64,000 nt of DNA from an uncultured Rickettsiales bacterium (GCA_964435165.1 CAYSXY010000006.1:396-64395); one strand, 5' to 3'; positions 10,371-19,586 are shown, counted from the first letter of the stretch. Numbers and translations: made by a program. The notes: generated by a model not told the origin, from the letters alone.

Positions 10371-12521
10371 CTAAGCGGCCATCAATACCTGTTCTGTCGT
10401 TGCCCCCATATTCTGGCCATATGATTTGGCATATCCTGCAATGCGCACATCCGGGTTATCCTTATCATTGTGAGTTTGCAGCTTTTCATGCTTGGTCACT
10501 GTTAGGCCATCACGCGCCATAGCTACTTGTAGCTCAGCAACACGAACTAACGCAGCCTGCATATTTTCGGGTTTACGCTCATGTGCTTCTTCCTCAAATC
10601 TAAAGCGCACACGCACATGGTCTACCATGTCCGGATCCATAAGATACGGCCAGACAGACTGCCCACGGTTCGACATCATCTCCACCTGCATGCCGCTATC
10701 TTTTGCCACATTATTGAGGCGTTCTGCCAATACCTGATTAGTAGCAGCGACCATCACCCGGTGTTGGCTGGCAATGGTTTGCAGATGCTCTGCCATCTCA
10801 CCAACGGTGAGATTAAAGGCCTCTGGCTTTAATCCCGGGAACTGCCGGTCAATTCCCCATTGGTTCAGCACGTCGGCAATCGCTGGATCCGTTAACCGCA
10901 TTGCTCCGGCACCATCAATCTGCTGCATCGCCTGCTTAAGACCCGTTTGCAGCCAGTGCGCAAATTCATACATTTCCTGAATCGTGCGAAAGGCTTCCAG
11001 CTGCATATGCTGGCCAAGCTCAAGATTCGTCGCCGCTTCAAAACGTCGAATCACTTCTTTATCCATTCCGGTCCAGGTAATGAAAAGATCCGCTCCGTCA
11101 AGCGCCTCACCTTTCCACTTACTTTCTTTTTGAAGCTTTTCCGGGCGGCTATACTCATGCGCTGCTGTTTCCTGAAGGGATTGTCGTGAATCCGGCAGTT
11201 CCTGCTGGTCGTCAATGGCGGTCAGTCTGTCTAACGCGCTCAGTTTCTTCAGGCCATGGCGGGTGATCCAGTTCACACGCTTCTCACGCTCACTGGCACG
11301 CTCAGCGAAATCGATATGTTTATCGGCCAAATCACCTAACTGTGGTTCTTCTCCGCGCTGAATGCGCTGCACACGTTCAATCACGGCTTGCGTAAATTCC
11401 TGTGTTCCGACGGCTGTCTCTTTGGTGCCTAAGAACCTGCCTAAACCTACCCGCATGGCAAGTCTCCCAACCATGCCATTGTGCTGACTTTTGATATCGC
11501 CCGTGTGGATACCATCGGCCAATGTCCACAACCATGCATCGCGGATTATGGTTGCCGTCTCAAGGTGCTGCGGGTTCTCTTTGCCGAGATGCTCAAGCAT
11601 CATAATAGCGGCATTCAGCAAGCCTGAAGGATTTGCTATATTTTGCCCGGCAATATCTGGTGCCGTGCCGTGCACGGCTTCGAACATGGCCGCACGTGAG
11701 CCGATATTAGCCGTTCCCGCCATTCCGACTGAACCGGCAAGCTCGGCATTAATATCAGATAAAATATCACCGAATAAATTTTCGGTGACGATGGCGCTAT
11801 ATTGTTCCGGATCATTAGCAAATTTCGCCATGCCGATATCGATAATCTGTGCATCGGCAATAATGCCCTTTTTAGCATCACCGTGCCCAACGATATTACG
11901 TTTGATAAGGCCAGCTTCTTCATATTCCTCGGCAATTTTCTCGAAAATTTCCTTAAACTTACCTTCGGTCAATTTGAGGATATTGCCCTTATGCATCACG
12001 GTCAGACGTTCCCGCCCTTCGGCAATTGCCTGCTCAAAGGCTGCGCGAATAATGCGCTCCATCCCGGATTCAGATTTATAGCTCAGCGCCTGAATAACAT
12101 CTTCAGTTTGCCGATGCTCAATCGCCGCATACAGACCTTCTTCATTCTCTCGGACGACCAACACATCGTGATTGGAGTGTTTTGACTGCACATAGGGGTT
12201 CATCGACCAGGCCGGGCGGAAGTTGGCAAACAGGCCAAGCCCTTTACGCATTGTCACGTTGAAGCTTTTGGTCGCGCCTAATGTATCTGGCGTGGATGTC
12301 GGCGCTTTGAGAATGGTACCAACCTCAGCCATGCGAGCGACGGCGGCATTGATTTCATCTGCCGTAGCATCTTTGCCAAAGGCAACTTCTTCAAAATCAA
12401 TGGCTGCACCCGCGGCCTGCAAAATGCTAACGACTGCATCTGTAATTTCAGGCCCAATGCCATCTCCTTTAACAAGAATGACTGGCTCATTTTTATGTTG
12501 TTCTACATCTGCCGCGGACAT
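10371..12521 (-). CDS. icd: Isocitrate dehydrogenase, isocitrate/isopropylmalate dehydrogenase superfamily, unusually long (716 aa)
   Basis: Motifs ILVKGDGIGPEI, VVRENEEGLY, ENLFGDILSD, AVHGTAPDIAG. Track start 12578 is TTG; ATG 12521 is preceded by AGGAGG-cgagt. The C-terminal ~330 aa go beyond the normal catalytic domain (see finding). Confidence 0.8.
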   Translation of the reverse strand: MSAADVEQHKNEPVILVKGDGIGPEITDAVVSILQAAGAAIDFEEVAFGKDATADEINAAVARMAEVGTILKAPTSTPDTLGATKSFNVTMRKGLGLFANFRPAWSMNPYVQSKHSNHDVLVVRENEEGLYAAIEHRQTEDVIQALSYKSESGMERIIRAAFEQAIAEGRERLTVMHKGNILKLTEGKFKEIFEKIAEEYEEAGLIKRNIVGHGDAKKGIIADAQIIDIGMAKFANDPEQYSAIVTENLFGDILSDINAELAGSVGMAGTANIGSRAAMFEAVHGTAPDIAGQNIANPSGLLNAAIMMLEHLGKENPQHLETATIIRDAWLWTLADGIHTGDIKSQHNGMVGRLAMRVGLGRFLGTKETAVGTQEFTQAVIERVQRIQRGEEPQLGDLADKHIDFAERASEREKRVNWITRHGLKKLSALDRLTAIDDQQELPDSRQSLQETAAHEYSRPEKLQKESKWKGEALDGADLFITWTGMDKEVIRRFEAATNLELGQHMQLEAFRTIQEMYEFAHWLQTGLKQAMQQIDGAGAMRLTDPAIADVLNQWGIDRQFPGLKPEAFNLTVGEMAEHLQTIASQHRVMVAATNQVLAERLNNVAKDSGMQVEMMSNRGQSVWPYLMDPDMVDHVRVRFRFEEEAHERKPENMQAALVRVAELQVAMARDGLTVTKHEKLQTHNDKDNPDVRIAGYAKSYGQNMGATTEQVLMAA

Positions 12522-12625
12522 ACTCGCCTCCTGCTTGAAAATTTGCGGGAAATTACGCAGAGACGACCCACCTGTCAATTAAGGATTTAACAATTGCATT
12601 AACCAATGCCTTTTCCCGGCTCCTT

Positions 12626-13837
12626 TTATCTGGGTAGCAAGATGCCCATCGCATGGCGCATGAGCAGTTGTTTGAGCGGTGGAATGCGGTTCACGGTCGC
12701 CAGGCCAAGTCGGCGAGCGGCGATAACAGGCGCAAATGGGCTACGAAATAGCTCGTTCAATCCATCCGTGACCTGCATCATACTGGTGATATCCAGTCGA
12801 CGCGCACGTTCATAATCATCCAATACGCTGCTGTCGCCAATATCCAGCCCCACATGATGATGGCGCGCCACCTTCTGTGCCAATATTTGTGCATCGCGCA
12901 GGCCAAGGTTCACCCCTTGCCCGGCGATGGGATGGATCCCATGTGCTGCATCGCCAATAAGCGCTACACGTGGTGCGACCATGCGATTGGCTTTTAGCAA
13001 GGTCAGGGGATAGGACCAGCGTTTGCCCGGCATGGAGACCTCTCCCCAATATTCGCCGAAGCGTTGCTGCAGTTCAGCATTAAATGCTGCTTTATCCAAC
13101 GCCAGATACCCCTCAGCGTAGGTTGTTTTTTCGGTCCAGACGACCGCAGAGCGATGTGTGCCTGAAGCATCATCGGTCATTGGCAGCACGGCAAACGGCC
13201 CGGAAGGCAGGAACCGCTCTAATGCCACGCCGTCATGTGGCTCGCTATGGCTCACCATGCAGACAATCGCCGTTTGGTGGTAATCTTTCACCGAGATGGT
13301 GATGCCTGCCATGTCGCGCAGTTGAGAACGTTTACCATCCGCCGCTACGGCAAGAGAAGTGATAAGCGTCGTCCCATCATCTAACTGCAGTGTGAGGCCT
13401 CCTTCCGCCTGCTCAGTGGAAAGGAGTGAGCGACCTTCCATCATGGTAATGCCGGGTTGCTCGTTGGCAGCACTCAGCAATCCCTGACGAATATAGCGGT
13501 TTTCAATAATATACCCCATCGGGTCGGAGCCAACATCCTGATGGTCATAGTGCAGGAATTGCGGCGCATCACCGTCGACGATACGAATATCCAGAATCGG
13601 TTCGGCATGTGGGCGCATGGCCTGCCAGGCTCCGATTTCCTCTAAAAATAACGTTGTTCCGTAGGCAATGGCGCTGACGCGCCCGTCAAACCCCTCTTGT
13701 ATTTGTGACGCATAAGGTGTTTTTTCCAGCAATGTGACTGGCACCTGCTGTTTTGCCAATGCCAGCGCCAGCCCAAGGCCCACCATGCCGCCCCCGACAA
13801 TGACACACGGACAGCGATTTTCCCGGCTCTGGCTCAT
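12626..13837 (-). CDS. UbiH/UbiF/VisC/COQ6-family FAD-dependent ubiquinone hydroxylase
   Basis: GxGxxG fold VIVGGGMVGLGLALALA, ADGKRSQLR, GDAAHGIHPIAGQGVNLG. GAGGAG SD before the ATG. Confidence 0.85.
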   Translation of the reverse strand: MSQSRENRCPCVIVGGGMVGLGLALALAKQQVPVTLLEKTPYASQIQEGFDGRVSAIAYGTTLFLEEIGAWQAMRPHAEPILDIRIVDGDAPQFLHYDHQDVGSDPMGYIIENRYIRQGLLSAANEQPGITMMEGRSLLSTEQAEGGLTLQLDDGTTLITSLAVAADGKRSQLRDMAGITISVKDYHQTAIVCMVSHSEPHDGVALERFLPSGPFAVLPMTDDASGTHRSAVVWTEKTTYAEGYLALDKAAFNAELQQRFGEYWGEVSMPGKRWSYPLTLLKANRMVAPRVALIGDAAHGIHPIAGQGVNLGLRDAQILAQKVARHHHVGLDIGDSSVLDDYERARRLDITSMMQVTDGLNELFRSPFAPVIAARRLGLATVNRIPPLKQLLMRHAMGILLPR

Positions 13838-14013
13838 TTTCTCCTCGATCTTCTCTGTGCAGCGGCAACAATTTGCTGGATTTTCATCGCGTTACCTTTT
13901 ACACCACTAGCATATTGCCGCTTGTTGCGGCGCAATATTGTATGATGCCATAAATGAGTATAGGCGATGCACCTATGCAGTACAATCAATAGCTCTCATT
14001 CTACGAGTCACCC

Positions 14014-15333
14014 ATGATATTATCCCGTCATTTTTTCATTTTTTGTTCATTGATAGGTCTCAGCAGCCTGCTCCCAGCCCCTGCCCAAGCGGCCGTATCG
14101 GCTGAATCCGCCTTTATTTTTAACACGCTACTCTTCCTGATGGGTGGGTTTTTAGTCATGTTCATGGCTGCTGGTTTTGCGATGCTGGAGGCCGGGATGG
14201 TACGTGCTACCAGCGTGACCTCCATTCTGACGAAAAATATCGCGCTCTATTCACTCGCCGGCATCATGTTCTATCTGGTGGGGTATAATCTCATGTATCT
14301 TGATGTTGATGGTGGATATATGGGGACATTCATGCCATGGGCTGCCAATGATATAGCTGCACTCAACGGTGCGGTTGAGGCCGGCAGCTATGCGTCGGCT
14401 TCTGACTGGTTTTTCCAAATGGTGTTTGTCGCTACTGCAGCGTCCGTTGTCTCCGGCACCCTGGCAGAGCGTATTCGGCTGTGGCCATTCCTTCTCTTCG
14501 TCATTGTTCTAACTGGCGTGATTTACCCGATTGCCGGCGCATGGAAATGGGGCGGTGGATTTTTGGACAGTATGGGTTTTGCCGATTTTGCCGGCTCAAC
14601 CCTGGTGCATTCTGTTGGCGGCTGGGCCGCCCTTGCCGGCGTATTGCTGCTGGGGGCGCGTCATGGACGTTACGCGCCGGACGGCAAATCGCACCCGATG
14701 CCCGGTTCTAACCTTCCCTTAGCCACCATCGGCACCTTTATTCTCTGGCTGGGCTGGTTCGGTTTCAATGGCGGCTCTCAATTAGCTCTGGGCACTATCA
14801 GCGATGCCGTGTCAGTCGCCACGATTTTTGTGAATACCAACATGGCCGCTGCTGCTGGCGTTATCAGTGCCATGCTGTTGACTCAATGGCGCTATGGCAA
14901 GGTGGATTTGACCATGGCGCTCAACGGTGCGTTGGGAGGCCTGGTGAGCATTACAGCCGAGCCACTGACACCGATCCCCGGGGAAGCGATGCTGATTGGT
15001 GCTGTCGGCGGTCTGATTGTCGTTATCGTCGTACCGCTGCTCGATAAGCTCAAAATTGATGATGTGGTCGGGGCCATCCCTGTCCATTTATGTTGCGGCA
15101 TCTGGGGCACCATGGTCGTGCCGCTGACAAATCCCGATGCCGATCTGTTTACCCAGTTTGTTGGTGTGATGGTCATCGGCATGTTTGCTTTCACCGCCAG
15201 CGCAATTGTCTGGCTCCTTATCAAGGTCACTATTGGCTTACGCATTCGCTCTGCCGATGAGCGAAAAGGGCCTGATATTGCCGAACTGGGAATGGAAGCT
15301 TATCCGGAATTTGTCCTTTCCAGCAAATATTGA
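14014..15333 (+). CDS. amtB: Ammonium transporter
   Basis: Signal peptide (…LLPAPAQA) followed by a multi-TM protein. Amt signatures FAGSTLVHSVGGWAALAGVLLLG, LGWFGFNGGS, VHLCCGIWG. Confidence 0.92.
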   Translation: MILSRHFFIFCSLIGLSSLLPAPAQAAVSAESAFIFNTLLFLMGGFLVMFMAAGFAMLEAGMVRATSVTSILTKNIALYSLAGIMFYLVGYNLMYLDVDGGYMGTFMPWAANDIAALNGAVEAGSYASASDWFFQMVFVATAASVVSGTLAERIRLWPFLLFVIVLTGVIYPIAGAWKWGGGFLDSMGFADFAGSTLVHSVGGWAALAGVLLLGARHGRYAPDGKSHPMPGSNLPLATIGTFILWLGWFGFNGGSQLALGTISDAVSVATIFVNTNMAAAAGVISAMLLTQWRYGKVDLTMALNGALGGLVSITAEPLTPIPGEAMLIGAVGGLIVVIVVPLLDKLKIDDVVGAIPVHLCCGIWGTMVVPLTNPDADLFTQFVGVMVIGMFAFTASAIVWLLIKVTIGLRIRSADERKGPDIAELGMEAYPEFVLSSKY

Positions 15334-15346
15334 TGCCATACCGACG

Positions 15347-15946
15347 ATGACAGCATCTTCCCACTCGGAATCGTTTGACCCGATTGCGGCGCTTGGTGAT
15401 TTTACCGCCTTGCTCAAACGCGTCTCGTGGTTTGCGCATGTGGGCGAACCGGTTGATTCCGCTCATCGCGGCCTGGCTCTGGACTATCTCTCCGGCATGG
15501 GAGCATCGGATTGCAGCGTCGCCTATATTCATGATTGGAGCGATGCGTTGGATATTGCAGCATCGCTCGATGCCGATGCCAGTTGGCGGGAAGAAGAAGA
15601 CCGGCTGATGGACGAGCTCGCAGCGCTGGCGCTAAGCCATGCGAGTGAAGATGACTTACGCATGGCAATGACCACGATGATCGCGGAATTAAGCCGCATC
15701 ATTCCCGCAGCTATCCGAGCTCGTATGCAGGCTGAAGGTGAGATTGACGATGCGCTGGCCGATGCCATTTTCGGCGCCACTATCCATGCGGTGGAGGCTT
15801 CGGCTTTACTTGTAACCAGCGGTGGAGGTAGTGATATCTCGCCATTACCGGAAGGATTTCCGCACCCCTTTCATAGCCGTTTTCGCCTTTATGAATTAGG
15901 CCATTGGCCGATTGGGATTGTCGGGCGCAGCTTTTTCGTGTTTTAA
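15347..15946 (+). CDS. Hypothetical acidic protein, 199 aa
   Basis: Track ORF 15185 overlaps amtB; the first ATG after the amtB stop is 15347 (MTASSHSESFDP...). No motif recognised. Confidence 0.5.
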   Translation: MTASSHSESFDPIAALGDFTALLKRVSWFAHVGEPVDSAHRGLALDYLSGMGASDCSVAYIHDWSDALDIAASLDADASWREEEDRLMDELAALALSHASEDDLRMAMTTMIAELSRIIPAAIRARMQAEGEIDDALADAIFGATIHAVEASALLVTSGGGSDISPLPEGFPHPFHSRFRLYELGHWPIGIVGRSFFVF

Positions 15947-15952
15947 GAACGA

Positions 15953-16756
15953 ATGAATACATTCACGATTGCCAGTTGGAACATCAATTCTGTACGCCTG
16001 CGCTTGCCGCTGGTGCAACAATTTGTGGAAAGTGACCAGCCCGACATTCTTTGCCTGCAGGAAACCAAGGTGGAGGACGGTAAATTTCCGGTCGAGGGGC
16101 TGAAGGCGCTGGGCTACCCATATCTCGCCTTTGCCGGGGAAAAATCGTACAATGGTGTCGCGATTGCCTCCAAATTGCCGCTGGAATGTATCGATACGGT
16201 TGACTTTGCCCGCACCGGGCAAAAGCGGCATATTCAGGCAACCTTACCGGGCGGTATTGAATTACATAATGTCTACATTCCTGCCGGTGGTGACATTCCC
16301 GATCCAGACGAAAATCCCAAATTCCGCATGAAACTGGAGATGGTCGAAGCACTCACCGAATGGGGTCATACGATGGACGAGCGCCCGCGCATTATTCTCG
16401 GTGACTTTAATATTGCTCCGTTAGAACATGATGTGTGGAGCAGCCGTCAGTTGCGCAATGTGGTCAGTCACACGCCGATTGAACGTGACATGCTGATACA
16501 GATGCAACAGGCCAACGGATGGCAGGATTCGGTACGGCACTATGTGCCGACAGATCAGAAAAGCTATAGCTGGTGGAGCTATCGCGCGCGCGATTGGGAA
16601 GCCTCGGACAGAGGACGGCGGCTCGATCATCTCTGGCTCAGCCCGGCGCTGCATGAGGGCCTGGAAAGCGCAGCCAACCGCAAAGAAGTGCGTGGATGGC
16701 ATAAACCTTCCGACCACGCCCCGGTGATTGCCCGTATTCATTGGGAGCATTCTTGA
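15953..16756 (+). CDS. xthA: Exodeoxyribonuclease III (AP endonuclease)
   Basis: Motifs SWNINSVR, LCLQETK, GDFNIAP, PSDHAPV of the ExoIII/EEP family. Confidence 0.9.
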   Translation: MNTFTIASWNINSVRLRLPLVQQFVESDQPDILCLQETKVEDGKFPVEGLKALGYPYLAFAGEKSYNGVAIASKLPLECIDTVDFARTGQKRHIQATLPGGIELHNVYIPAGGDIPDPDENPKFRMKLEMVEALTEWGHTMDERPRIILGDFNIAPLEHDVWSSRQLRNVVSHTPIERDMLIQMQQANGWQDSVRHYVPTDQKSYSWWSYRARDWEASDRGRRLDHLWLSPALHEGLESAANRKEVRGWHKPSDHAPVIARIHWEHS

Positions 16757-17808
16757 TGTTGAAGCACGTCCTGCTTTTGGCCTTAGGCGTTGTCATGCTA
16801 TGGGCAATGATCGCTGGCAGCACCAACGCATCACAAGAGCGCCCTGACATCGCCTTTGATCTGCCGATAGACTGCTCGGCAGTGCAGGGGTGTTTTATTC
16901 AGAACTATCTCGACCATGACGGGGATCGCAATGAGTGGCAGGATTATCGCTGTGGGCCTTTGAGTTATGACGGGCATAAAGGCACGGATTTTCGCCTGCG
17001 CAACCTGCAAGAGATGGCCTTGGGCATTCCGGTACTCGCCGCTGCAGACGGCATTGTGCAGGCCACACGCGATGGCATGGCGGATGCTTACGTCACTGAC
17101 GAGACGCGCGCCGCGTTAGATAAACGCGGATGCGGCAATGCCGTGGTGATTCGTCATGAAGGAGGATGGAAGACACTCTATTGTCACATGAAGCGCGGCA
17201 GTGTATTGGTAGAAACTGACCAACAGGTGGTGCGTGGACAGCATCTTGGGGATGTCGGCTTGTCCGGCCTGACCGAATTTCCCCATCTGCATTTTGAAGT
17301 CCATTACCTGCAGGATGTGATTGACCCATTTACCGGTACGATAATGCCCGCGAGTAGCAAACCCGACAGCCCATCCAATGTCATCTGCGATGCCAGCCTG
17401 CACAGCAGCCTGTGGTCGAAGCAGGCGCAGGAACAGCTGGGCTATATCACTACCAGCCTGCTCGGTGCGGGGTTTATGAATACGATTCCAAGTGCTCAGC
17501 AAATTCGTGACGGCGTGGTAAAACCCGAATCGCTGCCATTAAGTTCAGAGAATATGATTTTCTGGACCGATGTTGCTGGTCTGCGCAAAGGTGATGTGCT
17601 AATGACCATGCTGCTGGACCCAAACGGCACGATTCTGGCCAGCCATGAAGAGACGTTCGAACGGCCCAAAGCCTCGATGTTTCGCTATGTCGGCGTTAAA
17701 AAAGGCGATGATGAGTGGCCCGCAGGTGACTATAAAGGCGTGCTGCGACTATTGCGTGACGGTGAGACTATCCTGCATGTGCGTGAAAAAGTCACCTACG
17801 GTGAGTAA
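16756..17808 (+). CDS. M23 family metallopeptidase
   Basis: HKGTDFR and FPHLHFEVH zinc-site motifs. N-terminal signal/TM MLKHVLLLALGVVMLWAMIAG. ATG 16756 forms a TGATG junction with the xthA stop; track start 16741 is TTG. Confidence 0.85.
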   Translation: MLKHVLLLALGVVMLWAMIAGSTNASQERPDIAFDLPIDCSAVQGCFIQNYLDHDGDRNEWQDYRCGPLSYDGHKGTDFRLRNLQEMALGIPVLAAADGIVQATRDGMADAYVTDETRAALDKRGCGNAVVIRHEGGWKTLYCHMKRGSVLVETDQQVVRGQHLGDVGLSGLTEFPHLHFEVHYLQDVIDPFTGTIMPASSKPDSPSNVICDASLHSSLWSKQAQEQLGYITTSLLGAGFMNTIPSAQQIRDGVVKPESLPLSSENMIFWTDVAGLRKGDVLMTMLLDPNGTILASHEETFERPKASMFRYVGVKKGDDEWPAGDYKGVLRLLRDGETILHVREKVTYGE

Positions 17809-17830
17809 AGCGACAGTTTATTCTTCTATA

Positions 17831-18107
17831 GTCATTTAACTTTAAAATGACCCATTGCTGCAAATAGCAGATTTGTCTGTGCTCCTCATGTCATGTAGAC
17901 TTACAACACTCTCGAAGAGGAGTGTTGTGCCTATAGATGAGTTTCGCATCCCACTTAGTGGATGCGAAAACGACAATCATTCCGGTGCTCGACAAACGAC
18001 TATTTGGATTCGCCAAGTTTTACCTCGGCTCACCCTTCGGGCGGCTTTGCCGTCCAGCAGCCTTTCGGCTTGCTGTCGCCAGATGGGTCATTCTAAATTT
18101 AAACGAC
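17831..18107. mobile_element. MITE-like non-autonomous element (277 bp) with 24-nt terminal inverted repeats
   Basis: Left end is gtcatttaactttaaaatgaccca (17831-17854). Right end is tgggtcattctaaatttaaacgac (18084-18107). They match 21/24 as inverted repeats (hand aligned). TATA lies immediately outside both ends. No ORF of plausible coding character inside; the interior is packed with hairpins. Confidence 0.5.
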
Positions 18108-18167
18108 TATATCTTTTTGTGAATTTATGTATTTTCGTATGGAAGCATTTACACCCCGGCGATTCGT

Positions 18168-18386
18168 TCAGTGAACGCTAAATGGCTCTAATTCATGTTG
18201 CCGGGCCGTGTAATAAGCTGCTTCACGCGTGGGAAAGACGGCCAGTTCCGCTCCATCCGCCGAAAAAATCGCGTAGCCTTTACTGTCCTCATGTTCCACT
18301 TCACGAATATAAGCCACGCCTGACATATCCATCATGGCCATGGCTTCTGAGGCTAAAGATCGCTTCACACGTTCTGCTGATTTCAT
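18168..18386 (-). CDS. Small DUF1150-like protein (72 aa)
   Basis: From M12 of the track ORF (MKSAERV...). The segment AYIREV...GYAIFSADGAELAVFPTREAAYYTARQHELEPFSVH resembles the small alphaproteobacterial DUF1150 family (recalled by eye). Confidence 0.6.
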   Translation of the reverse strand: MKSAERVKRSLASEAMAMMDMSGVAYIREVEHEDSKGYAIFSADGAELAVFPTREAAYYTARQHELEPFSVH

Positions 18387-18608
18387 CGCTGTTGTCCTAT
18401 CCAGAGCTACTACGCACATTATACGAGTATATGGTGTTTCTTACCTCAAGATTAAAGAGCATCTGTTACAAAATTATGTCCACTGTGTCTTTTTTCATCT
18501 CACACCTTTCACCTGTGTTGCAATATAGCGTAACAAAGCGTGTTTTGTCATTGACGGCCCTATTCGCTAGGAAGAACAATGACATCATTCTATTTAGGGT
18601 AGATTTAC

Positions 18609-19553
18609 ATGCTGTTTGCGCAACAACGAACGATTGCTCATTCTATTTCATGCATTGGCACGGGCCTGCATAGCGGTGAGCGTGTGGCGCTTCGCCTGCT
18701 GCCTGCCCCGGTTGATAGCGGCATCTGCTTTGTTCGAACCGATATTCATTCCGGCGATCCATCCGTGCCCGCCCGCTTTGATTATGTGAGCGACACCATG
18801 CTCGGCACCAGCCTGACAAACCCCGATGGTGTGCGTGTTGCAACGGTTGAGCACCTGATGGCTGCCTTATGTGGGCTCGGTATTGATAATGTGCGCGTCG
18901 AATTAGATGGCCCGGAAGTGCCAATTATGGATGGCAGCTCACAACCATTCATTTTTTTGATTGAATGCGCCGGCATCAAAGAGCAGCCCGCCTGGCGGCG
19001 CTATCTGCGGGTCACAGAACCGGTGAGCGTGGCCATGGGCGATAGTCAGGCGACCCTGCTTCCCCATGATGGCTTTGCCATGAATGTAGCAATTGAATAT
19101 GACAGCCCGGTCATTGCACGGCAGCAACGGGAAGTGGATTTTGACCGTACATCATTTAAGGCAAGCCTGGGACGCGCCCGCACATTTGGATTTGCGCGCG
19201 ACGTCGAACAATTGCAGGCTTCCGGCCTGGCGCGAGGCGGCTCACTGGATAATGCCATTGTCATTGACGATGATACGATCCTCAATGAGAGCGGCTTGCG
19301 CTATGATGACGAATTTGTGCGCCACAAAATGCTCGATTGCCTGGGCGATTTATATCTGGCCGGCGCCCAGATTCTCGGGCGATTCGAGGGATATCGCACC
19401 GGACACAGTATTAATAATCAGCTTTTGCACGCCTTGCTTGAGATGGGCGACTACACCGAGCCGGTCAGCGCTGTCGAGCCACCGGCAGAACTCAGTGCCT
19501 TATTTGCCAACCAACAGAATCTCTCGGAGCCTGCCCGCGACCTGCGTGCCTGA
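18609..19553 (+). CDS. lpxC: UDP-3-O-acyl-N-acetylglucosamine deacetylase
   Basis: Motifs GIGLHSGE, TVEHLMAAL, EFVRHKMLDCLGDLYLAG; typical length. Confidence 0.93.
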   Translation: MLFAQQRTIAHSISCIGTGLHSGERVALRLLPAPVDSGICFVRTDIHSGDPSVPARFDYVSDTMLGTSLTNPDGVRVATVEHLMAALCGLGIDNVRVELDGPEVPIMDGSSQPFIFLIECAGIKEQPAWRRYLRVTEPVSVAMGDSQATLLPHDGFAMNVAIEYDSPVIARQQREVDFDRTSFKASLGRARTFGFARDVEQLQASGLARGGSLDNAIVIDDDTILNESGLRYDDEFVRHKMLDCLGDLYLAGAQILGRFEGYRTGHSINNQLLHALLEMGDYTEPVSAVEPPAELSALFANQQNLSEPARDLRA

Positions 19554-19586
19554 GCGCCAAGCATCATCTTTGTGACGAGACACGCT

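Noticed and set aside
12587-12603. TTAA-N8-TTAAC (plus a third TTAA at 12579) upstream of icd.
   Set aside because: The spacer is 8 nt, not 7, so it is not a canonical CtrA box. It is noted only as an AT-rich promoter region.
13877-13890. Sigma-54-like TGG-N-GC upstream of amtB.
   Set aside because: The GG and GC are separated by 9 nt rather than 10, and the flanking bases do not match TGGCAC/TTGC.
17855-18181. Track ORFs inside the repeat elements: 17855-18181, 17937-18122, 24794-24991 and 46790-47038.
   Set aside because: They translate straight through hairpins and TIRs (for example LGSPFGRLCRPAAFRLAVA, MPAFAGMT). This is the classic artefact of palindromic repeats, with no coding signal.
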